Positions 24,001 to 39,265 of a stretch of DNA of 64,000 nt are shown one piece after another. Numbering within the stretch: position 1 is the first letter of the stretch; each line of letters opens with the position of its first letter. The translations under genes were made by a program, and so were the position numbers. Source of the DNA: Felis catus (taxonomy: Eukaryota); contig NC_058368.1 of assembly GCF_018350175.1 (NCBI RefSeq), forward strand, positions 171,432,001 through 171,496,000. The letters run 5' to 3'. The notes below the pieces were generated by a model. The model ran no database searches and was not told where the DNA came from. It saw only the letters and a list, made by a program, of their open reading frames with translations.

Positions 24001-25556
24001 CTACCTCTTCCAACTTTAGAAGCTGCCCACATTCTTTGGCTCATTGCCCCTTCCTCCATCTTTAAAGCCAACTATAGCAGATTGAGTTCAAACTGAATAA
24101 TTTTCACTCCCTCTTCTGTCTTTTCTTCCACTTTTTAAGAACCCTTCTGATTACTTTGAGCCCATTTAGATAACTCAGGAAAATATCCCTGGCAGAAGGT
24201 CAACTGATTAACAATCTTAATTCTACCTGCAACCTTAATTTCCCTGTGTCATCTAACATAAAATACTTACATGTCATGGAGGTTAAGATGTGGACCTATC
24301 TAGGGGACTGTTTTCTGCCTACTACATTACTATAACTTTTCCCCCCTCTTTTCTTAATTTCTTTAAAAAACAACTAAACTGTTTAAGCCAAGATAATAAC
24401 ATTATAATATGGGGTATTAACATGCAAAATTAAACTATATGCCAGTAGCACAAAGGAAAAAGAGAGGGAATAAATGGAGCTATGTTTTTCTAAATTTTAC
24501 ATAAAATATTACATAAAATTTTACATGCATTTTACATGAAATATTATGATATTAATCCTAAACACATTATGATAAATTAAAGAACCATACTGTAAGCCAT
24601 GGAGAAACCACTAAAGAAAAAAATAATAAGTATAGCGAAGATGTTAATTAAAAGTAAAATGGAGAACCAAAGTATCCATTTAACACAAAATATAATAGGA
24701 AAGGAGGAACAAAGCAACAAAAAAGATAAATAGGAAAAAGAGCAAGATAGGAGGTTATTAATGTATTAATAATTATATTAACTGTAAATATACTAACATT
24801 CAATTTAAAAGGTAGAGATGGTCAGACTTGATTAAAAAAAAAAAAAAAGACCAACCATTTGCTGTCTACAAGTAATCAAAAGATGGACTCTAAATATAGA
24901 GACATACTTTGGTGGTGCCTGATGGCTCAGTTAGTTAAGCCACCAACTCCTGATTGAGGCTCAGATCATGATCTCACAGGCATGAGATTGAGCGTGAGGA
25001 ACTCCGCACGGGGCATGGAGCCTGCCCGACATTTTCTCTCCCTCTCCCTCTGCCCATCCTCTGCTCCTGCATCCTCTCTCTCCCTCTGTCTCTCTCTCTC
25101 TCTCAAAAAAAAAAAAAAAAAAAGACATACTTTGGCTTAAAATAAAAGAATTACAAGTACATAACATTCAAACAGTGAGCATGAAAAAGATTTGTAATGG
25201 TTATATATATATATACACACATAAGAGTTTGTGTGCCTGTGTGTGTAGTAGACATAGGGAAAAGAATATTACCAGCAAAAAGAAAACATTTCACTATAAT
25301 AAAACAGTCAATTCCTCAGGAAGACAAAAAATAATTGCAAATATACCAGAGCTTCAAAATAACTTTAAGCAAAAGCTGACAGAACTGGGGCACTTGGGTG
25401 GCTCAGTCAGTTAACCTTCCTACTCTTTATTTTGGCTGGGGTCATGATCTCGTGGTTGGGTGAGACTGAGCCCTGCATCGACACTGACAATGCAAAGCCT
25501 GCTTGGCATTCTCTCTCTCTCCCTCTCCCTCTGCCCCTCCCCCACTTGGGTTCTCC

Positions 25557-25587
<31 letters not shown>

Positions 25588-26069
25588 AAAATAAATAAAA
25601 AGAATTTAAAAAACCTGACAGAACTAAAACAGATAAATTCATAATCATCTTTGGAAATTTTAACATCCCTCTCACTCAATGACTGGAGAGTAAACAAATT
25701 GGAAAAGACAGAGGCCATCAGAACACCATCAGCTAACTAGATATACTTGACATTTATAGACTACACCCAATGACTGAGAATACTCATTCTTCCCAAGTCC
25801 ATCAGATCATTCATCATCATATGCTAGGTCATAAAACAAGTCTCAATAAATTTCAAGGGATTAAAATCTTACAGATTATTTTATCACAATGGAATTAAAT
25901 TAGATATCAATAATAGGCACAACCTGGGTGGCTCAGTTGGTTAAGCTTCCAAATTTGGCTCAGGTCATGATCTCACAGCTTATGAGTTTGAGCCCCACGT
26001 CGGACTCTCTGCTGTCAGCACAAAGCCCACTTCAGATACTCTGTCCCCCTCTCTCTCTGCCCCTCCCCC

Positions 26070-26120
<51 letters not shown>

Positions 26121-29100
26121 AAACATAAAAAAAATCAATACTAATGAGATATCTAGAAAACCCCCTAATATCTGGAAATTAATCAACACACTACTAAAAA
26201 AAGTCCACCGTCAAAGAAATCACAAGAGAAATTAAAAATTATTTTGAATTACATGATAATGAAAACACTTATTAAAATATGTGACATATAGTTGGAGGGA
26301 AATCTGCAACTCTGTACTTATATTTAAAAAGGAGAATGGTTTGCAGAATGCCTGGGTGGCTCAGTTGGTTAAGCAGCCAACTTCAGATCAGGTCATGATC
26401 TTGCAGTTCACACAAGTTCAAACCTGGCATAGGGCTCTGTGCCAACGACTTAGATTCCGGTCTCCCTCTCTCTCTGCCCCTCCACCACTTGCGTGCTCTC
26501 TCTCTCTCAAATGTAATAAAAAACATTAAAAAAAAAAGGTTTAAAATCGTTGTCATCTTAAGAAGATGAAAAAAGAATAAAAGACAAAATAAACAGTAAG
26601 AAATAATAAAGAGTGGAAATCAATGAAATAGACAACAAAGAAAAACCCAAAGTTCTCTGAAAAGATAGATTACGGGAAAAATTAAGAGAAATACAATCAA
26701 CATCAGGAATAAAAGAGGTAATATCACAACAGATGTTAATTTTTTTTTTTTCAACGTTTATTTATTTTTGGGACAGAGAGAGACAGAGCATGAACGGGGG
26801 AGGGGCAGAGAAAGAGGGAGACACAGAATCGGAAACAGGCTCCAGGCTCCAAGCCATCAGCCCAGAGCCCGACGCGGGGCTTGAACCCACGGACCGCGAG
26901 ATCGTGACCTGGCTGAAGTCGGACGCTTAACCGACTGCGCCACCCAGGCGCCCCGACACAACAGATGTTAAAAAGACACTAAAGCATTATTATGAACAAG
27001 TTTTTGCTAAAAGATTTGACAAGTTAGATAAAATGAACAAACTCCTTTTAAAACATATATTACTCAAACTCACACAAAACAAGTAAAAAACCTGAATAGC
27101 CCAATTTATCACTATCTGTTTAAGAAATCAAGTTTATAATTTGAAACTTTCCACTAAGGAAATTCCAGACAGAGATGGTTTTACTGGTGAATTATATCAA
27201 ATATTTAAGGAAGGAATAATGTTAATTTTTTACTTTACTCTTTCAGAAAATGAAGAAAAAGGGAACACTTCCCAAATTATTTTAAATGACCAGTAAAACC
27301 CCATTGCCAGAAACCTGACAAAGATACTTACTACAAGAAAATTATAGACCAGTGTTTCTCAACAAAATAGTATCAAATAGAATCCCACAATATACAGAAA
27401 AGATAATACATCATGACCCTGAGGGCTTATCTCAGGAATGCAAGGATGTATCATTCAAAGCAAATCACTGTAATTCTCCCACTAACAGCATAAAGAAGAA
27501 AACCCATATACAGTCACCTCAGATGCAGAAAAAGCTTATAACAAAATTCAAAATTCATTCATGATAAAAAAAAAAAAACCACCTCTTACACTAGAAACAG
27601 AATGGATCTTCCTCAGTCTTACAGCTAGCATCATACTTAACATATTGAATGTTTCCTCTATAGGAAAAAGAACAAGCCAAGGAGGTCTCCTTTCATAACA
27701 CTTCTTTTCAAAATTGTAATACAACACTAAAATGGAAGATCTAGCAAGTGCATTAAGGAAAAAAACAGAAATAAAAAGAAAAAAAAATAGAAATAAAGGG
27801 AAGTAGTCCCTGGTCACAAACAATGGGACTGTAAATGTGGGAAATTCTAAGAAATTTAAAAAAAAAAAGCCTCTGGAGATATGAAATCAATTTAACAAGG
27901 TTGCAGGATGGCAAGATACAATATTAGTATCAAAAAATAATTTGTGTTCCTATCTACTAACCAACAATTGGAGAATAACATTTTTTAAAGGACAGTTCAG
28001 TACCATTAAAAACATTAAACATTTAGGGTTAAATGTAACAAAATAAATGCAATAACTCTGTCCTGAAATCCAAGAAACACTGCTGAAAGTTGTTAAGAGA
28101 CTTAAATAAATGGATGGTTAAGAATTTTCTCCAAACTGACCTGTAGATTCAGCGTAAGTCTAAAGTCTGTTTTTTATTTTGGTAGAAGCTAACAAGCTGA
28201 TTCAAAAATTCACACAGAACTGAAAAGACCTAAAATAGCTAAAGCAATCTTGAAAAAAAAATTAGAGAATTTACACTGCCTGATTCAAGTCTTACTATAA
28301 AGCTACAGTAACCAAGACAACTTGGTGGCTTAGGGATAGACAACTAGATCAATGGCCCACATATAAGCAGTCAATTGATTTTCAACCAAGGCCCCAAGGC
28401 ATTTCAATAAAGATAGTCTTTTTTGTAACAAATGGTACCGGAATAGTGCATAAACAACTGGAAAAAACTTTAGCTCTACCTCACACATACTGGACAATTA
28501 ATTCTAGATGGATGACAGACCTAAATACAAAAGCAAAATCTATAAACCTGCTAGAAAAAGATATGAGAACACCTTTGCAACTTTAGGGTAGGCCCATATT
28601 CCTTAAGATATAAAAAAGCCTTAACTATAAATGAAAACAAAATGATACACTGGTCTTCACTGCAATTTAGAAAGTCTGCTTATCAAAAGACAATGTTAAG
28701 AACATGATAAAGCAAACCACAGCCAGGAAGAAAATAGACACCATACACATATCTGAAAAAGAACTTATATCCAGACTACATAAAGAATGCTACATATAAA
28801 TAATAAAAAGGAAACAATCCTTAATTAATCCTTAATTTTAATCCAATTAAAATGGGCAAAAACTTCAACACTAAAAGTGAAGATATATGAACAACCAAAA
28901 AGCACAGGAAAATGTGGTTAACATCATTAGTCATCAGGCAAATGTTAATCGAAACCATCACGGAATACCTCTTCAGGCCAAGTAGACTACCTAAAACTAA
29001 TAAGACAAAACTAAGCATCTGCAAGAATGGGGCAGAATTAGAACTCTCATTCATCGCTAGTGGGGGTATAAAATGATTCAGCCTCCCTGGAAATCACGGT

Positions 29101-32100
29101 GGTAGTTACTATTACATATAATATTGTTAGAAATATCCCTTAATCCAGCAATTCCACTCAGGTATTTATCCCAGGGCATAAAATAACATACTCCAGGGAT
29201 ACACTTGTATGAATGTCTATAGCAACTTTTAACATAATAGCAAAAACTGGAAACCATCCATATGTCCATCAAGAGAAGAATGGATAAACAAATTGTGGTA
29301 TAATCACACAATGGACTATTACTCAAAAATTTTACATATTGCCTCAAGTAATGTTTTTTGACCTCCTTAAATTTTATATATAAAATTTTTCCTAATTTTA
29401 TTTTACTTTTCCCTTTTTAATAAATGAAATTTAGTACTGGCATTTAATTGAATTTAGAATGTTTTAGAAATTATTAGAAAAATTAAACATGTTTTTTAAG
29501 ATTTAACAAGTCACCAAACATTGTGTATAGAAAGTCCCTCATAGAAGAAGATTCCACATGGAAAGGTAAAAGCGTGATTACAAAAGATTTACCCGTGAGT
29601 ATGTTGCATCCTGATCTTGGGGATTCTGTGCCTTTTGGTTAAACTGTCAACAATGAGGTCTTGATTCTTCCAGTTCTAAACCTCTCTTTTATAATGGAGC
29701 TGGGGGAAGGTGGTATCCAAGACAAAGGAAACTTTTTATTAACTTCTGCTTTAAATTGAATATTTTAATTAGGTTCCACAACAAAAACATTATGGAGCAA
29801 TGAATAAATCTGTAAGGGAGTGGTACACTGCATAGTGACAACTTGCAAATTTTTTATTACAAAAGAAGCAGACATCACTCAATATGATGTACTACCGATA
29901 AAAGCAAACTCTAGGATACCTTCCAATTAAAAAGTAAGCATCTAAGACTAAAAAGCATCCCTTAGAGTCACACAGGGTTCTGAGGTGTATCATCTAGAAT
30001 CCTCTCCTGGCCTCTGTTAACTTGAGCTGCACCCTTCTGCCTGACTCCCTGGAAGCCCCTCACCTACCTACAGCTTGTCTCTGCATCCACTCCCTGGCAT
30101 CCTTCCACCATTCTGAGACACTAATCCCTTCCTCCACAAATAAGCAACACCAGACAACTAACCACCTAAGATCACAAAGGGATGGGTAGTTAGTCCCAGC
30201 TCACTTTCAAAAGGTAAGCTTTGAGAAGGGGTGTGGGGATGGGGATATCTAAATCTGCATGATGCACACATTTAAAAAAACATAAAAATTTTATCAGCTC
30301 AAAAGAAAATTAATCTGGGGGACTGGCAATCTCATCATTACGGGTAATTGTGCTCACACATGGCATTGCCTAGCAACAGAAGGAGCAGGCAAATCCCAAC
30401 ATTGGGGTGTAATGAATCACTCACTGACTACTGCTCACAAATGGTAATTTAATAGGAAGATATTCACATCTGGTTCAATCTCAAACAAGACTTCAGAGAA
30501 TTCTGCAGACTCCAATTGAGAGAAACAGCAGGTACTTCACCAAGAGCCAGGCTCCAGAACAAAGACTACGCCTACTTACTCGGTTGAATGTATGCTTTGT
30601 TTAAAAACAAAACAAAACAAAATAAAACATAGTTTTGATAGCCTCGTTTCTGACATTTTGTTTTGGCACTGCTCCAACTTCTATGGCTTCAGATATAGTT
30701 AATGAGTGCCACAAACATAAGAAGGTAAATATGACAAACAAACAATGGGACAATCATGGTTGAACTACAATCACTTTAGACCTCAAAGAGACAGCCCAGT
30801 CTGCCCAAGAATCTGCATGCTACTTCAAGTTCAGTGTTTTTGAAGAAAGCTACAAAAAGAATCCACGTACGAGCGAGATCTATGTCTGGATCGTCTGTTG
30901 TTGGGGTCCGCCTGATTTTTTTCCTTTTGTCTCCTTAATACAGCTTCCCACTGAGGCGCTGAATCAACCATATCATTCTCCTGACGTATTCTGAAAAGAA
31001 AGACCATTCATCTCAAGTTAATATTCACACATGTGGTGCTCTCGTTTTTGGTTCATCCTAAACTTGGTTTTAAAAGTTAAGAAGTTATCAAATAAGTTAT
31101 TGAAAACTTATTAAGAAATGAAAAGTTATTCAAGGAACAGTTTTATTAAAATCACTTAAAGCTAAGATGTATTAACTGGATTAATATATCCATAAGTAGA
31201 TAAGTGTATACACACACATATAAGTCTGTTAGAATATTTATACATAAATATGGAAGTATATATTAGTTTCAAACTTCTATCTTTGGCTTAAAAGCTTCTA
31301 AGAAATAGGCATGTCAAACAAAAACCTCATTTAAAACATATTTAAGGTTTGACTAAAGAAACAGTGTCTGCTATAGAGCCATTCTAAAATCATGAAACAA
31401 AATATTTTTTAAATGTACTAACCAAAGTAGCAATAAATAATTTTACTTTGAAGTACTCTTAAAATTTCACACTAACTGTCAAATTTTTCATGAACGAAAG
31501 GTGCCAGATACAATTCCCATTTTTAAGAAATGGGAAAACCAGAAGTACAAGAAGCCACAAGTGGTGGCACCGTGTGTTAGCCGCTGAGCAGGTACATGCC
31601 ATTCTGATGAGGGCAGCCTCACCTGGCCAAGAGGCAGGCAAGGTTCAACACTCCTGCAGACAGGGGCCAGGCAGGGAATGTAAACAAGGGAAAGGAAAAC
31701 CCAGGGTGGCGGCTACTGGGAGATACAGGCAGCCGCCATGTGAGATTGGACAGTGTTTCCAAATCCTCTGATTTTTTTTTTTAAGGATAATCCACAAATT
31801 TGGGCTTTTAAAGTGAACTCTTTCAATTTTCAAGTGCTGACAACCAATTCTGAATGTTCAAATCCTGTTTGAACCTAACAATGCCTATCCATGCACCACA
31901 CTGCAGAAGTGTTGGATTTTTTGGTGTATCAAGTCTTTCTTTCTTCTTCTTCTTTTTTTTTTGAATAATTTGTTTAATGTTTATTTATTTTTGAGAGAGA
32001 GAGACAGAGTGTGAGCGGGTGGGGGCAGAGAGAGAGACACAGAATCTGAAGCAGGCTCTAGGCTCTGAGTGGCCAGCACAGCGCCGACATGGGACTCAAA

Positions 32101-33232
32101 CTCACGAACTGTGAGATCATGACCTGAGTGAAGTCAGACACTTAACCAACTGAGCCACCCAGGTGCTCCTGTACCAAGTCTTTCTAATAACAGAGGTAAG
32201 GTGTTGCAGGGGACAGGTTGGGAAGAAGTATTAGTTAAAGCAATCCTGTCTGAAATGCACTGCAATGATTCTATGAAGCCATGGGTATTCTCTACAAAAA
32301 TCAAACACCTGTTATTTGAATATTTAACTTAAAGTTTTTGTTAGTTCTTCAGGAAGTTGCTCTGGAGTATTCATTTCACACGCTGATGCTCCCAGGGTGT
32401 GGGACAGCAGCATGGAACTGTAAGGTCATCATCACAAAACTGTGACTATATGAGAATAACTGCTTCAAAAAAAAAAAAATGAGAAGAACAGACAGACAAG
32501 TCTGGAGACATTTTCTCTCTCTTAACAGATGTCTTTTGGTTGCCCTGTGAACAGCACTTAGTACAGACCATGGGGTGGATATCTAGATTTGCTTATAAAT
32601 GCAAATCAGTAGATGGGTGACAAATAATTCATTTCACAAATAAGTTAAAGACAATGTAAAGCAAATTCAAGTTAAAAACTATAGTAGCTTATGAAGAAGG
32701 AACTATTTAAATCTCTCTAGATTAAAGAGAAATTGTGTTAGGTAAAAAATCATCTGTAACACACTTCAAGCCTTTGAACTGTGTTTCCTCACTAAAGCTT
32801 TCATTTCTAATAGGCTGTTATATGAAAATTAACAGGATACAGTGATGCCATGTTTCAGATTCAGAAACATAGTTCTCTCTCTCACAGCATGTACAGAGGA
32901 AATTAAAATTGAATATGCATTGCTATAGACTTTAATATTAGAAATTTCTAGGGGTACCTGGGTGGCTCAGTCAGTTAAGCATCTGACTCTTGATTTCAAT
33001 GATCTTATAGTTCGTGAGTTCGAGCCCTGTGTTGGGCTCAGCACTAAAAGTGTGGAGCTTGCTTGGGATCCTCTCTCCCTCCCCTCTGCCCCTCCCCCAC
33101 TCTTTCTCTTTCACTAAAATAAACATTTAAAAAAATTAGATCCAAAGAAAAGTATGAGAATGTATACTACTTGAGATTATAATTATTATTCTTTGAAACA
33201 AACATTCCCACTTGAAAATGTCACATGCATAT

Positions 33233-33284
<52 letters not shown>

Positions 33285-36200
33285 ATATGTATTTTCATAG
33301 CCAGAACCTACAATCTCTGAACCACTCATGTTATCATGTGACAGTCCAGTGGGGGAACAATTCTTGGACACTCCCACGACATGAGGGACCCAGAGTTAGG
33401 AAGAGACACTCAATGGGAATATGTCAGGCTGGCAGGAGTTACTACCCCTCCCACAGGAACCTACACCTCAACTTCCCAGAAAAACACATAAAACCCAGGT
33501 CTCCTAACTCCTCACCCTGGAGTCTTTTAGACCATAGCTTCCATTCTAAGCCAATTTGCTGCACAGTTCATGGGCAAGACTAAATTTCACAATGTTAAAT
33601 TTTTTTCACCAGGAGGTCAGCATCTTTTAATATTTTTCAGAGGTCAAGCCTACCAGCATGGCAAATATACTTTACCCAGAGGATAGATATTTAAAAGGAA
33701 GCACAATTACTATACTCTCATTCTCTTCCAGTGTGGACTTTAGCTCATTACCTTCATACTGAGACTTTACCCTGATAATTAAAAAATAAAAATAAAAATA
33801 AGACAAAGACATGACCACACATAGTTCCAATACCTTGCTAGTAATGAAAACTAAATCGGAAAGAATTTCAGACTATGGCATGTACCTATAACTTCTGTTT
33901 TTCTAACAGAAGACTCTAAAGTGAGGGCAGTGAAACCCTGTCAGGTAACATCCACATGTTTCAGAGACAGATGCCCTCTACTGGTGATACTATCTCATAA
34001 ATATTCTAACAAGGTGCATTAAAAATGTAAGGCTCATTGGAGAGTCACAACAGAAGCACATTTTCCCAAGTAATGAGGTTGTGTGGCTACCTAAATCTGT
34101 AATGAAGTTTGAAATTACACCCTTACAAATGGTTGCTGGTTAATGGTGCCTCATTACAAGAATGAAAGTGTCATTTCTTCCATCCCTGAAGTGCTCCAGA
34201 AAACACAGGTACAGTGTGGAAAGGAAAAATCCTAGCTCTTGGAAGCAAGAATATTATAATGCTCAATCCTTAAAAGGCAGGAGTGAACTATTTTGTGCAT
34301 GAAAGAATAAAGAAATAGACATTTGGGTGAAAGGCATCCCCTATGATTCTGCCTTGTCTCATTTATCCCTAGGTATGGGATATACCAGTGTTGCTTTTTT
34401 TGCTCTTCTGCTATATTTTAATTTTGATGTAGAGATTCATATTTTGAAGAATAAAAACACTGCAAGCATTGTTATTGACATAATACCTTTTAAAAAGTCA
34501 AAATGTACTCTTACAGGACAGATAGTCATGAAAGTCTCAAGGGGGAAAAAGGAGTCCACTGTGGGTTATACTAGGGATGTATTCATTTTCAGATGTTGCA
34601 TTTAAAAGTGACCCTCAGGGGCGCCTAGGCGGCTCAGTGGGCATCCAACTTTGGCTCAGGTCATGATCTCACTGTTCCCGGTTTCCAAGTTCGAGGCCCG
34701 CATCAGAGCCTGGAGCCTATTTCAGATTCTGTGTCTCCCTCTCTGTCTCTGTCCCCCTCCTCCCCGCTAGTGCTCTGTCTCTGTCAAAAATAAACATTAA
34801 ACAAATTAAAATAAAATAAAATAGAAGTGAACCTCAAAAATATTAATTGTTTCTTTCATGTACTCTCCAAGGTAATAACTACATTCGTCATATTTTGTCT
34901 ATCTCCTCATCCACAAGTAAGGAGAGTTAACAGCTGGGTTAAGAAGACTTATCATAACAAGGCTTTCATTTTTTAATCAATATTTAAGGGAGACCATTGC
35001 TTTAGAATAAGGTATATCCCAACAATGTTTCAGAATAAGAGAATTCTAATATATTTCCTACATGTCTCGCCAAACTTCAACATCCTACTTTTCCAGATGA
35101 TTTATGCAATTTTGATTATGACTGCACTTGACAATTAAAGTCTGCAAAAGGTTTTGAAGATGAAATGCCATATAATCACTTGATAACAAATAATGAAGGT
35201 AATGACTATTCCTAGTCTCTTCTTTCCTACTTCCCAATTATAGTTCTGCCTCTTCTACCAAATTCCTCACATTACCAAATGAATTCTTACACAAACCCCA
35301 TGGGTCTCACTTTGCCCCCCACCTTTACCTGAGGAGTTTTGTTCCTAATAGGACCTTCCTTTATTCCAGTTCTTAACTCATTTCTCATTCACTGGGATAA
35401 AGGCCACGTTTAATGCTGAACCTGAGAAAGCCCATGGAGCAAATGTAGAATGAAGCTTCAAGGTAACATGAGCAAGACATGGGCTCCTGAGCTCTGCCTC
35501 GTCCCAGCTCTGGGGAAACTGCTCATCTCTGGTCAACTCTCAGATTCTTCACCTACCAAATTATTGCAAAGATCCTTTCTAGTTTTAAAACTCTATGTTT
35601 TCTCTATTTGTGTTTTATTTCCAAGCCAGTCAGACACATTGAAACCAACCTCTATTCTTCAGGTATAGCACAATTCTCCAGACAATTGCTTCATATGGCC
35701 ACTCCATTGCTAATATTAAGCCTGCAGGTCCCAAGTGATGGTGGACTTGTGTTTCTCATCAACTCATTCATTTTTGGATCACCTGCTATAAACCAATCTT
35801 CATCTATTTTTTCAGTAATATTTCTTCCCTTGGGAAATTTGTTGGTTCCAGGCATCTGCCGACATACTCCCCAAAGACCAGCAAGCAAAAAATTCATTTG
35901 CTTTTCCCAACCTCCCCCTACCATCAATATATTATTCTGATTTGACGTTAAAGGTATTTCTGTCTCTTCCACTTATTCCTTATGCTCTCCCTACAAAAAT
36001 GGGCTACCTTTGGTGCAATTTCCCTTTCAAACTCTTTCTGTTTTCCTAATTTTGCAACCTGCTTTGCACTCACTCAGTAATCTGATAGCATGCCTCGGTT
36101 GCTACAGCTCAGCACTACCAGAGTCATCTCTGTCAACTTTGATTATGCCCTGGAAGCCCTAAATCGTCCCTATCAAACACCTAAATCTTGACATGACTTA

Positions 36201-38636
36201 TTAAAGTGGAAATCCGTAACCCTTACAATCTGTACCATGGTGAGCATTGTTTTTATTGGCTTTTCATGAACTGCCTTCACCATACCCACAATTTTTACCT
36301 TGTTTGCAGCCCTTACCTAAATCAGGGACAGGGCAATAGGGAATGCTTACAACGAAACCTATTTTCAGGCTATGGGGAAAAAATACCCACTGGTTTAAGC
36401 TTGTTATCGTTCAAAACTCATCTTTTTCCTTGGGCACAAAGATAATGAAGTTTCTTTTTTTTTTTTTTAGTGACTCTAACAACAAGAAAACCCTACCAAA
36501 ATATTCATCCTCTAGATTTTCCCTACTCAGATGTATCATCCCTGTTACAGTGCCATAGAAGACAGTTTCTTTCTTCTTTCTTTTTTTTTCTTTTTAAATT
36601 TTTTAAAATGTTTATTTTTGAGATAGAGTATGAGTGGGGAAAGAGCAGAAAGAGGGGGCAGAGGATCTGAAGCAGGCTCTGTGCTGACAGCAGAGAGCCT
36701 GATGTGGGGCTCGAACTCAGGAAGAGCAAGATCATGACCTGAGCCAAAGTCGGAAGTTCAACAGACTGAACTACCGAGGGGCCCCTCTTTTTTTAAAAAA
36801 AGCAATAATGTATTCAATATTTAAAACCATTTTACCCTATTATTCAAATACAGACTCTAAAGATATCTAAAAGTGCAAGAAGAAATTCTAACGACATTTG
36901 TGGTAGAATCAATTTGTTAGAAACACCAACTTCTCTTTTTTGTTAAAGGGTATCATTATATACACATATATATGTATATATCAGGGACTTCAGATAAAAC
37001 TGAACAGTGCTGAATGTTCTCATTAATCTAATAGTATCTGTGTATGTATGCAGGGCACTTTCTACTTTTCAAAGTAGAAAGGATCTTTACAAACCTCTTG
37101 ACTAAGCTAATGACTAAATAATCCACAGATGCTCCCCAGTGAAAGCGCAAAGGACTGCTGATTTTCATCAAGAGCACATAGGATATTTTGCAGACTGGGT
37201 TCTTTGAATGTAATGGATATTTTATTAAGCTCAAGGTATTTGAAGGGAAAGCTGGTTTGTGAAAGGTTTCACACTGTAAGTCTACTTCCGAGGTTCTCCT
37301 TCAACATACATCCTGGGCAAGTCCAGAGCAAGGCCTATAGGCTCAAACCTATAGAGACAGGCTGGCTGAGACTTCTGATCTCAGGTGCAAGATTCAAAAT
37401 TCTAACTCATAAAAACAAATATAATCTAATATCCATATAGATCATTAGCTTCATACTGCCTTGTACTTGGTAGGTTCCCAATTTGATAAATTTAGTCCAA
37501 CTGATTGTTTCATAAATCAGCAGAGCAAAGTAAGTAATCTTTAAAGAAAACTTAAGCATTTTAGTTAACGCTGCCAGTGAAGTGAAGTACCAATTTCATT
37601 TGCTAATATCAATCTTTTCTTTATAGTTTAGATCATAATGACCACTTTATAACTGTTTGGGGTTACAAAGACACCCCCTTAAGAATCTGATAAAAGCTAC
37701 AGACCCTATCACCAGAAAATCATATACTTGGAAACACACAGGGACCTAAAATCTACTAAAACCTATTGATGAATCAGAGGATAAGAAGGTCTGGTCTGAA
37801 AACAACCAAATGTGTAAAGGTAGGGTAAGTGGGAGAAAGGAATATGAGACTAAAGAAACATGGGAAAAGCTGGAGAAAGGGGTGGAAGAGAGCAGAGACA
37901 GGCCAAGAAGAGGCCATAATTTCAAAGGTCAGCTATCAGACTACATGGTTCCACCATCAAATTCTCTCATTTCCTGATTTCATTTATCTTTATAGTGACC
38001 CATTCAACGACAAAGATTGGTATACACCCCACTTTAAAGATGAGAAAACTTGGGGCGCCTGGGTGGCACAGTCAGTTAAGCGTCCGACTTCAGCCAGGTC
38101 ACGATCTCGCGGTCCGTGAGTTCGAGCCCCGCGTCAGGCTCTGGGCTGATGGCTCAGAGCCTGGAGCCTGTTTCCGATTCTGTGTCTCCCTCTCTCTCTG
38201 CCCCTCCCCCGTTCATGCTCTGTCTCTCTCTGTCCCAAAAATAAATAAACGTTGAAAAAAAAAATTTATAAAGATGAGAAAACTCAGATTTAAATTGGTT
38301 TAAAGAGTTGCGCAAGGTCACGTACCAGTACAAGACAGAACTGAGACCTGACCCACATCCTTGGGTTGTTTTCTGACACGTCCCTGGCTCCTACATGGAG
38401 ACATAACTCAGAGAAGACAAAAGAAAGGAAGAAAGAGTGGAGAGAAGCTAAGAAAAGAAAAGAAAGAAACTGAGTGAGGAAAAATAATATGATAGATTAA
38501 AAAGGGAGGTAGGAGGATAGAGATGAAGCTATAAGCAGAGACACTAAGGGGAAAATAAGGCTTTTGTCATCTTAGATGTTATTTAATACTTATTTATTTA
38601 GAGAAAGAGAACATGTGCACATGAATGGGGGAGGGG

Positions 38637-38667
<31 letters not shown>

Positions 38668-39229
38668 TCCCAAGCAGGCTCCAAGCTGTCAGTGCAGAGC
38701 CCAATGTGGGGCTCAATCCCATGATCTATGAGATCATGACCTGAGCCAAAATCAAGAGTCAGACGTTTAACAAACTGAGCCATGCAGTGACCCCTGTCAT
38801 CTTATATTTTATAACAACAAACAGTGCCCCAACAAATGAGTAAAAAACCGTCTTCTCAAATCTCAAAACCTAGAAAAAAACTGTAGGGTACTCATCCAGA
38901 TTACAAAAATAGTAAAGAAATAACTAAGATGGAAAGGTGTAAAGAAAGACATCAACAGGTCCCCAAAATAAAGGAGGAAGCAGAGCCTTCTGGTGCCATA
39001 GGAAATCACGCGGACTGAAAGCCCAGCGTTAACACACAAGTGACAACAGAAACCTCACCTGTCTAGCCTCAGTAGCTTTGGACTAGCTCTGGACCCAGAG
39101 GAGAGAGAGGATGTGCTTCCCTACAGCTACGTGTTTCTCAAACTGGAACAATCTTTGTTCCTAATATTAGCCTTCCAGAGTTGGTACGAATTATTTTTTC
39201 CTTTTTTAAAAAAATTTTTTGTGTTTATT

Positions 39230-39265
<36 letters not shown>

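Larger units (their letters stand above)
21190..29330 (+). mobile_element. Decayed near-full-length L1 (L1M-type) with many nested SINEs and an MLT1 LTR
   Basis: A-rich plus strand. ORF1-like remnants about 22550-23400; ORF2-like remnants about 24760-28900 (aaaacaagtctcaataaattt, atggttttactggtgaatt, cagatgcagaaaaagc, tactataaagctacagtaaccaagaca); 3' region ccagcaattccactcaggtatttatcc...gaatggataaacaaattgtggtata. No intact ORF. Confidence 0.85.
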
